DNA of 64,000 nt, taken from assembly GCA_051294905.1 (NCBI GenBank), contig CM119373.1:932001-996000 (forward strand), in the 5' to 3' direction. Below are positions 1 through 10,990 of the stretch, one piece after another (position 1 is the stretch's first letter; every line of letters begins with the position of its first letter). The DNA comes from Botryllus schlosseri. Its lineage: Eukaryota. The translations under genes and the position numbers were made by a program. Under the pieces are notes generated by a model. That model was given only the letters and a program-made list of their open reading frames with translations, did not search any database and was not told the origin of the DNA.

Positions 1-455
1 GCAAGATATGATATAGGGTATTATAAATTCTAGATTCCAGGATCGAGAAATTTATGACGTCATAGACACTAAGATCAAGTTTATATTTAGAATGCATACA
101 GTAAGCTGTGTTCCCAAAATTAGATACTATGAGGTGTATGTATATATCGTATAATTCACGTGCAGAAAAGTTGTCAAGTCAGGTAGGCTAATGTAGCGTG
201 TAGTGCGAGACATGCACGGAGCGTATCAAATTTGTCAATTTCTTCTTGTGTAGTAGCCTATTGCTGAGGTTGTTTCCAACCAATACGTCGATAGTCACGT
301 CGTCGGTAAATGTACGTGGCGGGACCCGGCGTATCGAACAGTATTTTTTCATGTGCAGCATTATTTTAGTGAGAGTTTCGAGCAGGTTCAAAATTTCAAA
401 CAGTAGCATATATCAAACAAGACAAAATAAATTTTAATGGCATGCGATTAATGAA

Positions 456-2389
456 TCAGCGTGCGCGATTGACATATTCAAATTGACCACTTATTAAACC
501 AGCTGCGTTGGTAAAGTACTGCATGAAGGCTTCGCGTATAGCTTTTGCCTCTCTCGAGACACCTCTTCCAACCCGATCGAAGGAAACGAAGACTGCAGAC
601 GGGTGTTTGGGAAATGTAGGTTTGCGCCGAGATGAGCAATTGTATTTTCTGAGAAAATTGTGCAAACAGACACACGCTTTCACAACTTCATCCACATTTT
701 CTGGTTTCAAGCACAACGGCTTGCGAAACACGCGGAATTTAGCAGACATATTTCCGAAAGCATTTTCAACTGTCCTTCTGGCTTTTGATAACAGGTAATT
801 GAAAATTTTCTTAGACTGAGTGAGCTTTTTTGCCGGGAAGGGTCTCATCAAGTTGCGGCACAACGGAAATGCCTCATCCGCCAGCCGCCGCCATCATTAA
901 TCACATTCCCACGGAGCCATGGCGCAGAGGTGGCTGGAATCGGAGAACATGGCGCTCGACAATGGAGACTGATCTAGCGCAACGCGGGCTGTCGCTTGAA
1001 GACGCCCACGACCGCCCACGTTGGAGACGCTTAACACGAGCCCAAAACTGATTATCTCGATGTTCTTTTTGTCTCCTGTTTTCTTTTGCCCTTTTTTATT
1101 TTATCTAATTGAAAAGTCGATATATATATATATATAACGAAAACATGTGGCATACTGGGTAGTCTAGGTACTAATGGCTGGTCAGCAGGTAATTCCAATG
1201 TCCCGTCTATTATTTGCTTTCCGAAGTCGGAATGGCTAAATATCCCAGCATCAGCATTTCGTCCATTGGAGCCGATTGAAACCCACAGAAATTTATAATT
1301 TCCATCCGTTATTGCCATTAGCACCATGCTGAAGGTCTTTTCATAGTTGAAGTACCTGGAGCCGGAATTTGGTGGAGCGTCTATTACCACATGTTTTCCG
1401 TCGATTGCGCCGAAGCAGTTGGGGATGTTCCACCTTGATTGAAATTGCATGGATAGCTCCTCCAATCTTGAAGATGTAGGTCGAGGTAAAACGATAGGTT
1501 GAAGGCAATTCCATATGGCCTGAGATGTTTCTGGGACTATTTTACAGATTGTTGTGTGGTGTATCCGAAAACTATAGCCAAGTGAATGGTAGTCATTTCC
1601 GGTAGCAAGAAATGTATCAAACATAACGAAGTTACAATGAGATTAGTAGGTACAATAAAAGCACACTGCAATTCACCTCAAAGTCACAGCAAGCCTCTCA
1701 GGAGGACCAATGGGCTCCCTCATACATGTGGCTTGTTTGGTGATACTTGGTCCAACCAGTCGCAGTAGTGCTTGGTATTGCGCCTTGTTCATTCGGAAAA
1801 AGTTTATGAACATTTCTTCTCCCTCCAATGCCAATTCTTCAACAAGTTGGTGGAAATGACCTGTCGATTATGAAAATCCGTGAGTAAAAATGAGAAAATA
1901 AATACTGAACCACCAAAAATGCTCTCAACAAACTAGTTGTATCTTATATTAAGCCAAATCTCTGGTCGCATTATTAAGACCAGGCCAGACCAGACCAGCC
2001 CGCGATGCTTGTTGAGCAGTAGACTAGTAGTAAAATTTGTCTTTGAAACGAGACCAAAAAGCTGATGCAACAAAAATTGTTCCAGTAAGCTATTCGAGTT
2101 TTGTGTTCTTTTAATGTCAACGTTTCGGTATAAATTTCAAGACCACGGACCGGGTTCTTTCTTGATTAGCAAAATTTGTCTAAAAACAAGACCAAACAGA
2201 CTGATACGTTACAAATTGACAAAAGTGAACTTTGCAATGTACTGGACCGGTACATACCTTGTGACTGCGCAGGTACAACTGCCGCACCCATTTTGAGCGT
2301 TTTTTTTTCTCCTTTAATTCAAAATAACATGCACCGACCAAGGATGCACACGTAGCCAGCAAAATTTGACGTCTTCTCTCGTCGTCCAT
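456..2389 (-). pseudogene. PIF/Harbinger (HARBI1-like, DDE_Tnp_4) transposase, spliced, disrupted
   Basis: Segments: 2389-2258 (..KRSKWVRQL), ~1860-1677 (GHFHQLVEEL..FFRM..ERLAVTLR), ~1612-1136 (FLATG..GAIDGKHV..YFNYEKTFSMVLMA..GRNADAGIF) and 881-456 (ADEAFPL..FNYLLSKARRTVENAFG). These are Harbinger DDE motifs. The gene is broken by a LINE insertion and a frame/splice defect. Confidence 0.9.
882..1135 (+). mobile_element. 5'-truncated RTE-clade LINE 3' end with (TA)n tail
   Basis: Encodes ..RRTWRSTMETDLAQRGLSLEDAHDRPRWRRL..stop, resembling RTE ORF C-termini, followed by a short UTR and (TA)n. Removing it restores Harbinger VFV|ADEAF. Confidence 0.7.
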
Positions 2390-2467
2390 CACTCCACACT
2401 TGCAAGACCAATAAACTGAACAAACTCACAAAGTGCCTCGCGCTGATGCTCAAAAGACGCTACAGGC

Positions 2468-5400
2468 CAGTGATGAGCGGACTGTAATATTTTTCGGTCC
2501 AAGTCCAATCCTGAAAATTTTCAATTCAGTCCTAGTCCATCCTGATCCAAAAATATTTTCAGAATTTACTGTCCAAGTCCGGTCATGAAAATTTTCAATT
2601 CAGTCCTACTCCATCCTGATCCAAAAAAAAATTCAAAATCTTAAGTCCAATTCTAAAACTGAAAAAACAGAAGGACATGTTAGGGCGGTTATAAACACTG
2701 CACATCCAATTCGATTCAATTCCAGCTTGTAGAAGCGAAGTTATTACAACACGAGAATTTTCAATATACTAAAAAGTATACACATTTTGATAGTGGCTGC
2801 CCGTCCCTATGAAGTTTTGTGAGAAATTGGTGCATTACAAGTTTGATTCAATTCCAACCAATAGAAGCGTGAAAATCGTTGTATTTACTGTCGGAAATTC
2901 TTTCATTAATAATTATAGAGCTACAACCCTATTTTGAACAGCTTCTTGGAGGTCTGAACTTGCATATACAATTGACTAATATATTCATATTGAAATTTAC
3001 CCAAACATTTTCGACAGACACTCATCAGGGATAATCGTCAGCAACTAGTAGAGAATTAGGGATAATCGTCAGCAACTAGTAGAGAATTGGAAAGAACCTT
3101 GTATATCAACAATCGTATCACAAAACATGACAGGCGAAAATATCCGGGTTCATTCAAATATGAATATGCTATTCAACACTACACCTACACCGGTTGGAAT
3201 CCAACCAGTAGCATCTTCAGCAAGTAAATTTGAAAAAAGAAGTTATTTCTATCCAACACTAATGTACTTATACAAAACAAATGACTAACATATTCACTTT
3301 CAGGGGTCACTATACAACAAACTTGCCATAGCAGTTGTTCTATGAGCACATAAAATACTATAGACGAAAGAACCAGCCGGATCACAATATATAGGTTGGC
3401 AACTAATACTGCGCAGGACATTAACGATCAACATGAACGAAACGTGTAAGAATGATGACATGAAAAAGCAGATGGTAGCACCTTGTGACAAAATAGTGCC
3501 AAATTATCTCGAGTACGTAGAGATGTACAGGATCAGGATTTTGGATTGTAACAGGTCAGGAATCCGGGTGATTTTTTGGCAACAGGATTGGATCCGGATT
3601 CCAAATTTTACTGTTTTGCCCGATCCGGATCAGGACAGGATTTTTAATTTGACGAAAACCTGATCAGAATCATGTCCAACATGTTAAGATTCAGAAAAGG
3701 TAAAACTTATCTTCTCGGAATTTATAATCTATGTTTTGTACATGTAAAAGTCTGATAATATATATTATCCGCTTAGGAAATTTCAGCGGCAGAAACGTCA
3801 TGAGTTGCTTTTCCGTCTGGTCTTGATGTGGGTTCATTGGTTGATATCATTTTGGGTTTCTTTTGTAATTCAGAATGTCAGAGATTTTAGAATTGATATC
3901 TCGGAATGACGTTGTCATGGCTGACGAAAATACCGTCAAAAAGACGATAAGTTATGTTTGGTGACAGCTCCGACATTTGGTAGACAAACAAGATGGGAAA
4001 TATGCTGGGCTAGGTATGTTTTGTGCTGTCAATATCATCTCAAAGTTCAACTGATGAGCACGAAGACTATATTAGATTAGGAGTCCTTTGAGTGACTCAG
4101 GATGGAGATAGCATCGGCTTACTGAAGTATTGGATGAATCCCAGTGCAATTGCCAGGTATCCAAATCTCAGTAGACTTGCTGTTGGGGTACCGTAATCAA
4201 AATTAGTATTGCTGCATCAAATGCATCCAGTGAAAAGGCGTTCAGTTTGTGTGGGAATACTATTGACAAAAAATATCCGTACTCTCAGCTGATAGCTTGG
4301 ATGCTTTAGTTGCAGTGAAAAGTTCTGGTGACGATGTTTTCTAGTGAGGTCAGGCTGATTTTGTCATCATTTCTTTTTTTGTCAGTCTATATCTTAACGA
4401 TAACCATGTTGCTATTCTTGAATACAATTTCAGTTATCATCTGTCTGTTTGCAGCATGTAAACTACTCTTATTTTGTAAGTTCATCCTGCCTTTCATTCT
4501 GTTGATGTTTATTTTTTCCAGAAATCACATATGGTAGTATCATATTTACCGCTGCTCATAGTAACATGGATAATGAAGCAATTTTTGAAAACAGGGTTAT
4601 TTTTGGACTCGGATACTGAAATATTCGATTGCAACAGGATCAGGATTGGATCAGGATTATGATATCATGAAAAAGGATCCTAAAAAACCATGATCCGTAC
4701 ATCTCTACGAGTTCGGTGATGAGTTGCAGTAGGCCTTAAGCATCGCATTACCATCAAGCTTACGGTAATTTAGGCTGCAGAGAGAAGATTGTACCACCAC
4801 GACTTGGTAGAATTCGTGCTCTTCTACTATAGGGTTGAATTCAACTCAAGTTAGACCAAGAAGTCTACAACAGCATAAGTGGCACGAATATAGCATACGA
4901 ACTAGGCAAACTTTTCCTATGGATCAGCGAACCTAGTAGTATCTCGACTCGACCTAAATCCATGTGTCCAAGAAAGAGAAATATAATAGGTAGTAGCCCG
5001 ATGTCGAAGGATTGTTAACATTATACAAACAGTGCGCCTCTTGCCACCTGGGCAGCAGATACAGTGAACTCGACCTAATATTTTGATATCCACCCATATG
5101 CGAACATCAATTCCATATTTCTACAATTCTAACATCAAATACTACCTTAGGTGCTCATGTAAACAGCACTTGATAAGATCGAATGTGCTGTTAACAAATT
5201 TACATTGCTCAGGTTGAAGAAATTCGAAAGTGCCAATGTGCCATACGGGCATCCCTAAAAGACGGAACAGCGGTGCTAACCAGCATTAAAATGTGCCAAA
5301 ATTCCGTAATTTGGCTTCTAAATGCGTCAATTGACAACACTGGCAATAAGTTTTCTCTCCCGCCGCCCCTCACTTCTGGTTATGAAACCAGCGTGCCCGA

Positions 5401-5595
5401 GTCCGGATTTTGAAATGCTAAAAATCCAAGTCCAACCTGTTTTTTTTTAATCACAATCCGGTCCGATCCGGATCCGACATTTTTTTTCAAAATCACAATC
5501 CGGTCCGATCCGGTACCGACGAAAATATCCTGTCCAATATAATCTGTCGAATAATCTGTCGAAAATAATCCTGTCCAATCCAATGCTCATCTCTG
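2468..5595. mobile_element. Non-autonomous hAT-type element
   Basis: TIRs CAGTGATGAGC / GCTCATCTCTG; perfect 8-bp TSD CTACAGGC at 2460-2467 and 5596-5603; subterminal GTCCA/ATCCG repeats. Confidence 0.85.
3518..4707 (+). mobile_element. Nested hAT deletion derivative with hATC dimerisation-domain remnant
   Basis: TIRs TAGAGATGTAC..GTACATCTCTA; TSD CGAGTACG/CGAGTTCG (7/8). About 4110-4325 reads LLKYW..YPNLSRLA..SIAASNASSEKAFSLCGN..LSADSLDALV with breaks. Confidence 0.8.
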
Positions 5596-5770
5596 CTACA
5601 GGCGCGTTATCAAGCGCTACCGCGCGGCGGGACTTTCGCGTTAGCTCGCGACTCCGGTGCGCGTCAGGGCGAGTCGAAGCATGGTACAGGTAGTCTTTAG
5701 AATAAACAAAGAATTGGGCTCGAAAGTCACATGACTTCTGATTCGCTGGGGCCAAACCACTATCTTAGAT

Positions 5771-7470
5771 AGGCGCTGCGGTGTTAATGTCTGATATTGG
5801 TCTGTTTTCAATTCGTATTTTCTGTCTTAGTGAGGTTGTTTGTAGTACAGTTGGAGGTTTTATGGTATCATCGTAGTATAATTAGCGAGTTTCAGAGTTT
5901 TTAGATGGTTACTAGAATGGTTTGTTGTTTTACAGTCGCTCAAAATGCCACAGTATTGCGTGCCACAATGTCGTAATAGAAGAGAAACCAATCCAGAGTT
6001 GTCTTTCTATCGACTTCCGAAATGCAAGAAAGCCATGGGAAAGTGGCTGAAATTAATAAGGCATAAGGTGGATGATGAATTGTATTTGAATTAAAGGCTC
6101 TGCTTTTTGTATGCCAAGACCGTGTAATCAATGGCAATTATTTTGAGATGAACCATTTGAATTAGATATTTGTAGTGTATTTTAGGAGAGAGAAAGGGTT
6201 TACGCCAACGACAAATACAAGAATATGCAGCTGGCATTTTCCAATGGGCAAGGTGGCGGGACCTACTAGATTTGAATGGAACGAAGGCAAGAGAATAGAC
6301 TCCAGTAGCCTTGAGAAAAGAATGAGGATATCCACCCCCCCCCCCAAAAAAAAAAAACATTCAGATTTGTTGACAACAAATAGTGAATGTGCTACACCTA
6401 CAAGGATACATGCAGAAAATGATGATGTGGAAGAAATGAAAAAAAACAAATAGCTATTTTCAGGAAACGTGTGTTGGCTCTTGAGAAAAAAAAGAAGAAT
6501 TACGTTCAGACAATATAAAATTGAAACAGGCCAATCACAAGCAATTCATCGACAGTTTTAAAGATAGTGCAGAGAAGATAGCTATGTATAGCCTACTTCG
6601 TTACCGGACAAAAAAACTTTCGACATAGTTGTGGCTATGATACAGCGGTTTACGGTTAACTATCATTCCAACTGGAATGTTAAAATCCTATCAATCGAAG
6701 ACCAAGTGTTGCTAACTCTGGTGAAACTAAGACTCAACTTGCCAAATGTAGATTTGGCTGTTCGCTTCAATGTTAGTACAGGCACTGTTACCAATGTTTT
6801 TCGAAGTTTGATTGAGGTCATGCATGTCATTTTCCATACACGCATGATGGTCAAAAAGTTTCCGTCATTGCTCAAATGCCAGATTAGTGTTCCAGAGTGT
6901 TTCCTTAGTTTTCCTAACTGCAGAGTAATTTTAGATTGTACTGAAGTACGAACAGCCAAACCCGATGATATTGGCAAAAGTTGTCAAACGTTCAGCCACT
7001 ACAAAAAGGTAACACACTGAAAGCATTAGTTGGAGTCGCACCTAATGGAAAGATAACGTTTGTGTCAGAACTATATGCAGGCTCCACGTCGGATAAGGCC
7101 ATTACAAAAGATTGTGAAATCCTTGACTTATTGGAACCTGGGGACTTGATTTTAGCTGACAAGGGGTTTGCAATTCACAGCATACTTCCTCCAGGAGTTA
7201 CTGTGAACCATCCATCATTTTCAAGCAATCCTCAATTCACTCCTCAGGAAGTATCATGGTCATTTCAAAATGTCGGGGTTTCGCGTTTCAAACAGGGGGA
7301 ATTCGAATCCCTTGGCTGCGCGCCTGGAACACGCGCGTATCAAAAACGAAGACGTTTCTAACGAGATCGCATCGATTCGCCTGATTACTAATTATTGGTC
7401 ACAAACAACTTGGCGTTTCAGCATTTCGTACGAGGTGGCCGCCACCTCGTAACCTCGTAAGTCGGCGCCT
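5771..7470 (+). mobile_element. ISL2EU-like (Harbinger-related) element; THAP + HTH + DDE_Tnp_4 transposase pseudogene
   Basis: Ends AGGCGC..GCGCCT flanked by AT on both sides. THAP pieces (MPQYCVPQC..ELSFYRLP..KWLKLI / RICSWHF), an HTH (EDQVLLTLVKLRLNL..DLAVRFNVS) and a DDE (ILDCTE..HYK..TLKALVGVAPNG..GSTSDK..LADKGF). Frameshifted and truncated near 7250, before the catalytic Glu. Confidence 0.8.
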
Positions 7471-7500
7471 ATGGTCCCGCATAACTTGTAGGTGTCTCAG

Positions 7501-7785
7501 CGGTTGCCCGACGTATGAGCATGCGACACAATGGAAAACGACAGTTCAACATGGAACACATCAGCATGCGTCACTTCAGCATGTGACTGTATAACCCAAA
7601 AACTTACCCTAACCTGAAACATAGCCTAACCTAACCTAAAGCCTAACCCTAACCCAACCATAAATCCAACCCTAACCTACCCCTAACCCGTAATTTAACC
7701 CACATGCTCGTGTGTCGCATGCCAAATTGTCGCATGCTGAAGTCTCGCATGCTGTAATGTCGCATGCTCATATGTCCACGGACCG
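7501..7785. mobile_element. MITE with CGG..CCG ends, 6-bp TSD and internal (CCTAA/CCCTAA)-like repeats
   Basis: TSD TCTCAG at 7495-7500 and 7786-7791; left end CGGTTGCC; inverted AGCATGCGAC subterminal repeats. Confidence 0.75.
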
Positions 7786-9069
7786 TCTCAGCAACTTCAA
7801 AGTATACTTTTCTTGATATGATGGAGGACCACAAGTATATTAGCCTTTCTGGTACATACGTATTAGCTGCTGTAAAGGCTGTATCAAGGGGTATCTTTTT
7901 CTCCCCAGAGATCAGCTTGAAAAAGCTGCGATTGCTGGACGGACCGACCGTCTGCTACAACAGCATGGATCCCTCTGACTTCGCATTCATATAGCAGCTC
8001 CCAGAAGTATACTGCCAGGTCACCAGGTGGAAGCGAACGAGTTGGATACCATGCCAATGGTATGGAGAAATTTCCTTTCGAATTGATCGGACGTAGAAAA
8101 CTGTAAAAAGAAATCATGAAGACAAGCTGCAACTGTATGGAACATGCATTTTTTTACCCAAAATGTGTGTTGCTATCAGAGTTGGATCAATTACAATATT
8201 TTAATTCAATTACAATTACAATTACTTCCTTACATGTTTCAATTACATTACAATTACTTTTAAACAACAGGTAATTGATTCAGTAAAGAGGTATTCTTTG
8301 ACAACCGTAGCGACGTAATTAGCAACAATCTCAAGCTATTCATGTTTCAGTCCTGATACGTAGAATACCCTTCAATTTAAAAAAACTCGAACGTATTCGA
8401 ACTATTCCTAATCATGAGTATTGAAAACTACGAGCACAGAAAAATGTTTCAAGCGACTGTTAAGAACCATTGAGCGACTAACAGCGAATAGGCTACAGGA
8501 CAGTCAATGAAATGTAATCAAACGATTAGGCTACTCAGAGCTGAGTCAGGATCATTAAATGTAATTGCTAAGGCGTCAGCGATAAGGATGATACCGATAA
8601 GGTGCGTAAAATTAAAATAAACGCAAAAGGAAAGAACCTCCTGATAACTATGAATTACAATATTTTGGTTCGCATTTACATTTTCACTTGCTCGGGAACT
8701 ATTAGATTGCATTTGATGAACATTAGGGTGCGAAAAGTTTCTGGCCCCAGTAAATTTGGCCAAGATTGGGATAACATCTCTGCAAATGCGTGATCAAGTC
8801 TGATGAAGCCTTGGTTGGAAACTTGAACTTTTTTGTTATTGTTGCAACAAGCCTCGGTACTGGTTAGAGATTTAAAAAAAAAACTTTGACCGTGGTGTAG
8901 GAAATGGTTCAGCACAGGTTTCAGAAGAATTTATTTGCTGTTAATTCATTTTTGAAATATTAAGGTTTAGTTAAGCCCAATGGTTCTCTAACTTTTTTAG
9001 ACACACCCCCCTTTATGACCGTGAATATTTCGTGCCGCCGAGGCATAAAATATACTACTCTAATAGGAA

Positions 9070-10990
9070 ATTTTCCAAGAACTATTTCCTTACATTTTCT
9101 TCGGTTCACTCATATGCAGGCCGTGTTATTTTTGGCATATGCCAAAACTGCCAAAAATAGCTTATTTTTGGCATTTTTCAATTTTTATTTTTGGCAGTTT
9201 TGGCATCGACCTCTAAATAAATATTTTCAGACTCGAATTAGTCATAAAAACGCTTTATTTGGGTCAGTTTATCAATAAAGACCAAAAAATGTGCAGCTTC
9301 CACTTATAATAAGTACCAACAAACAATAATAAGAAGAAAAAACCTAGCGATTACATAGGCTAATAATATCAAACAAAACCACAAAATGTGCAGTATCCAT
9401 TCGGAATGGGTGCCAATAAGCAAAAAGAATGAGAAGCCTAACAAACACGCTCAACTCCTGATTGTTACAGCTTTTGAATAGACTTAAATTGTTTGCACTG
9501 TAACAGTGCTTCCAAACTCAGGTCAGCAAAGTTTCTTCAGAATTAATTTTTCGCCCAACGAATCTGGGAAATATTGGCTTCAACAGTAGCCGTTGAGGGA
9601 AAGAATGTTGCCAGTCCTCCACAAAAGGTTTTCAGGGCTTCAAAATTTCGGAGGGCAGAACCGGCTTCCAAGCATCATGAAAAGAGATCACTGCGCTAGT
9701 TCCATCGATCTCATCGCGGAAAGAATTTCCTTCCCGATACTTTTCTAGGAGTTCCCTGTGTTGTCTCTCAACACATTCTATTTTGTAGCGCGACCATCCC
9801 ATCTCCATCAGTCTACCGATATATCTTAGCAGGACTTTTGTCACGTCAGATGGCTTTAATATTACCAACTCACATGGAAGAGTCCTGGGAAGGTTAGCTT
9901 GTTTAAGAACATTAACGCAACAAGACTGTCTGGCAAAACGAGACTGCAGCTCAGAAATAGCCGGACTGTTTGTTGTGTCACAATGCTCAACTCGATCACA
10001 ATCCAAAAATCTTAGTTGAATTTGGGGGTTCCAGATCCACGAGCAGAATACAATTTATATTTTAGTATTCAGTAGAGCGGCAGCTTTCCATTGATACCCG
10101 TTTTATCAAATTTAGCGCTCGGCAAGCCGGTTAAAAATGGCCGTAAAATTGCCTTTGGACAAATGGAAAGTGTGACGTAAACCAAATGCAGTCAGCCGTT
10201 CAATCTCGCTGTGCCCACACCATTTAGGACACCATGCTTTCTCCCCTAATGGGTGGGCTGGACCCATAGAGTAAAAAACCTGCCCTTCACACTTGTAATG
10301 CGGTCCTGTTAACACAACACCATGAAAGAAATACACTATTGGCAGGTTGTGTTATTTTTGGCATATGCCAAAAATTAGTTATTTTTGGCATTTTCAAATT
10401 TTTATTTTTGGCAGTTTTGGCATCTGGCTCCCAAAATGCCAAAAATAACACGGCCTGCTCATATGGCACTAGATCTAGCTCTCAAGGTAAAATAACATTA
10501 CCTCAAGTTTCTAAGAAATTGTCACAAAACAGTTTCAACTTCAAGGGTGCCAAGGTCTGGAATAACCTTCCAGAAGAATATAGATCGATGCAGTTCAACC
10601 AGTTCAAGATCAAATACCGCAATTTTCTTGTTGAAAAATACTGAAATAGGTATAATTTGTAATGACTGTGATGTAATACTGTTCCACTTGGTTAGTCTTC
10701 ATTGTTCTTGCTTTGCTGCATATTTTTGCTGTGCACACTGTGCATTGTATACCAGTACTATGCTTGGATGCTTACTGCTGATTTTCCATGACTTTTATCT
10801 TGTTTATTTTTATGTCCACTGGTTAACTGTCATAATCGTTAGTATTGATCTTGCCATATTTACTCATTTATAACTCCGCTGGGTGGCGACTGAATCTAAG
10901 ACCTACCGGTCCCCCGTCGTCTCCCAATCTATACCAATTTACATGTGTTTGTTGGTGAGATGAATAAAAGCATACTGACTGACTGACTGA
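9070..10990 (+). mobile_element. CR1/L2-clade LINE 3' fragment split by a hAT element
   Basis: KNYFLTFSSVHSY|GTRSSSQGKITLP..SFNFKGAKVWNNLPEEYR..FKIKYR reads through once 9117-10457 is removed. AATAAA at ~10962 is followed by a (CTGA)n tail. Confidence 0.75.
9117..10457 (-). mobile_element. hAT deletion derivative with transposase C-terminal remnant
   Basis: TIR CAGGCCGTGTTATTTTTGGCAT at both ends; TSD CTCATATG at 9109-9116 and 10458-10465. The minus strand ~10000-9480 reads ..SFHDAWK..FCGGLATF..STATVEAN.SQIRWAKN..DLSLEALLQCKQF with breaks. Confidence 0.85.

Noticed and set aside
456..2389. Domesticated host HARBI1 gene
   Set aside because: Interrupted by a LINE fragment and has frame/splice defects.
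3028..3089. Short tandem duplications (also ~11710-11755, ~20055-20115, ~46308-46393, ~54459-54502, ~63379-63450)
   Set aside because: Two-copy local duplications typical of slippage or repair; no further structure.
5680..5699. Harbinger terminus (..GGTAGTCT|TTA)
   Set aside because: Plausible TAA/TTA-flanked end, but no matching partner was found in 1-455; it may lie outside the window.
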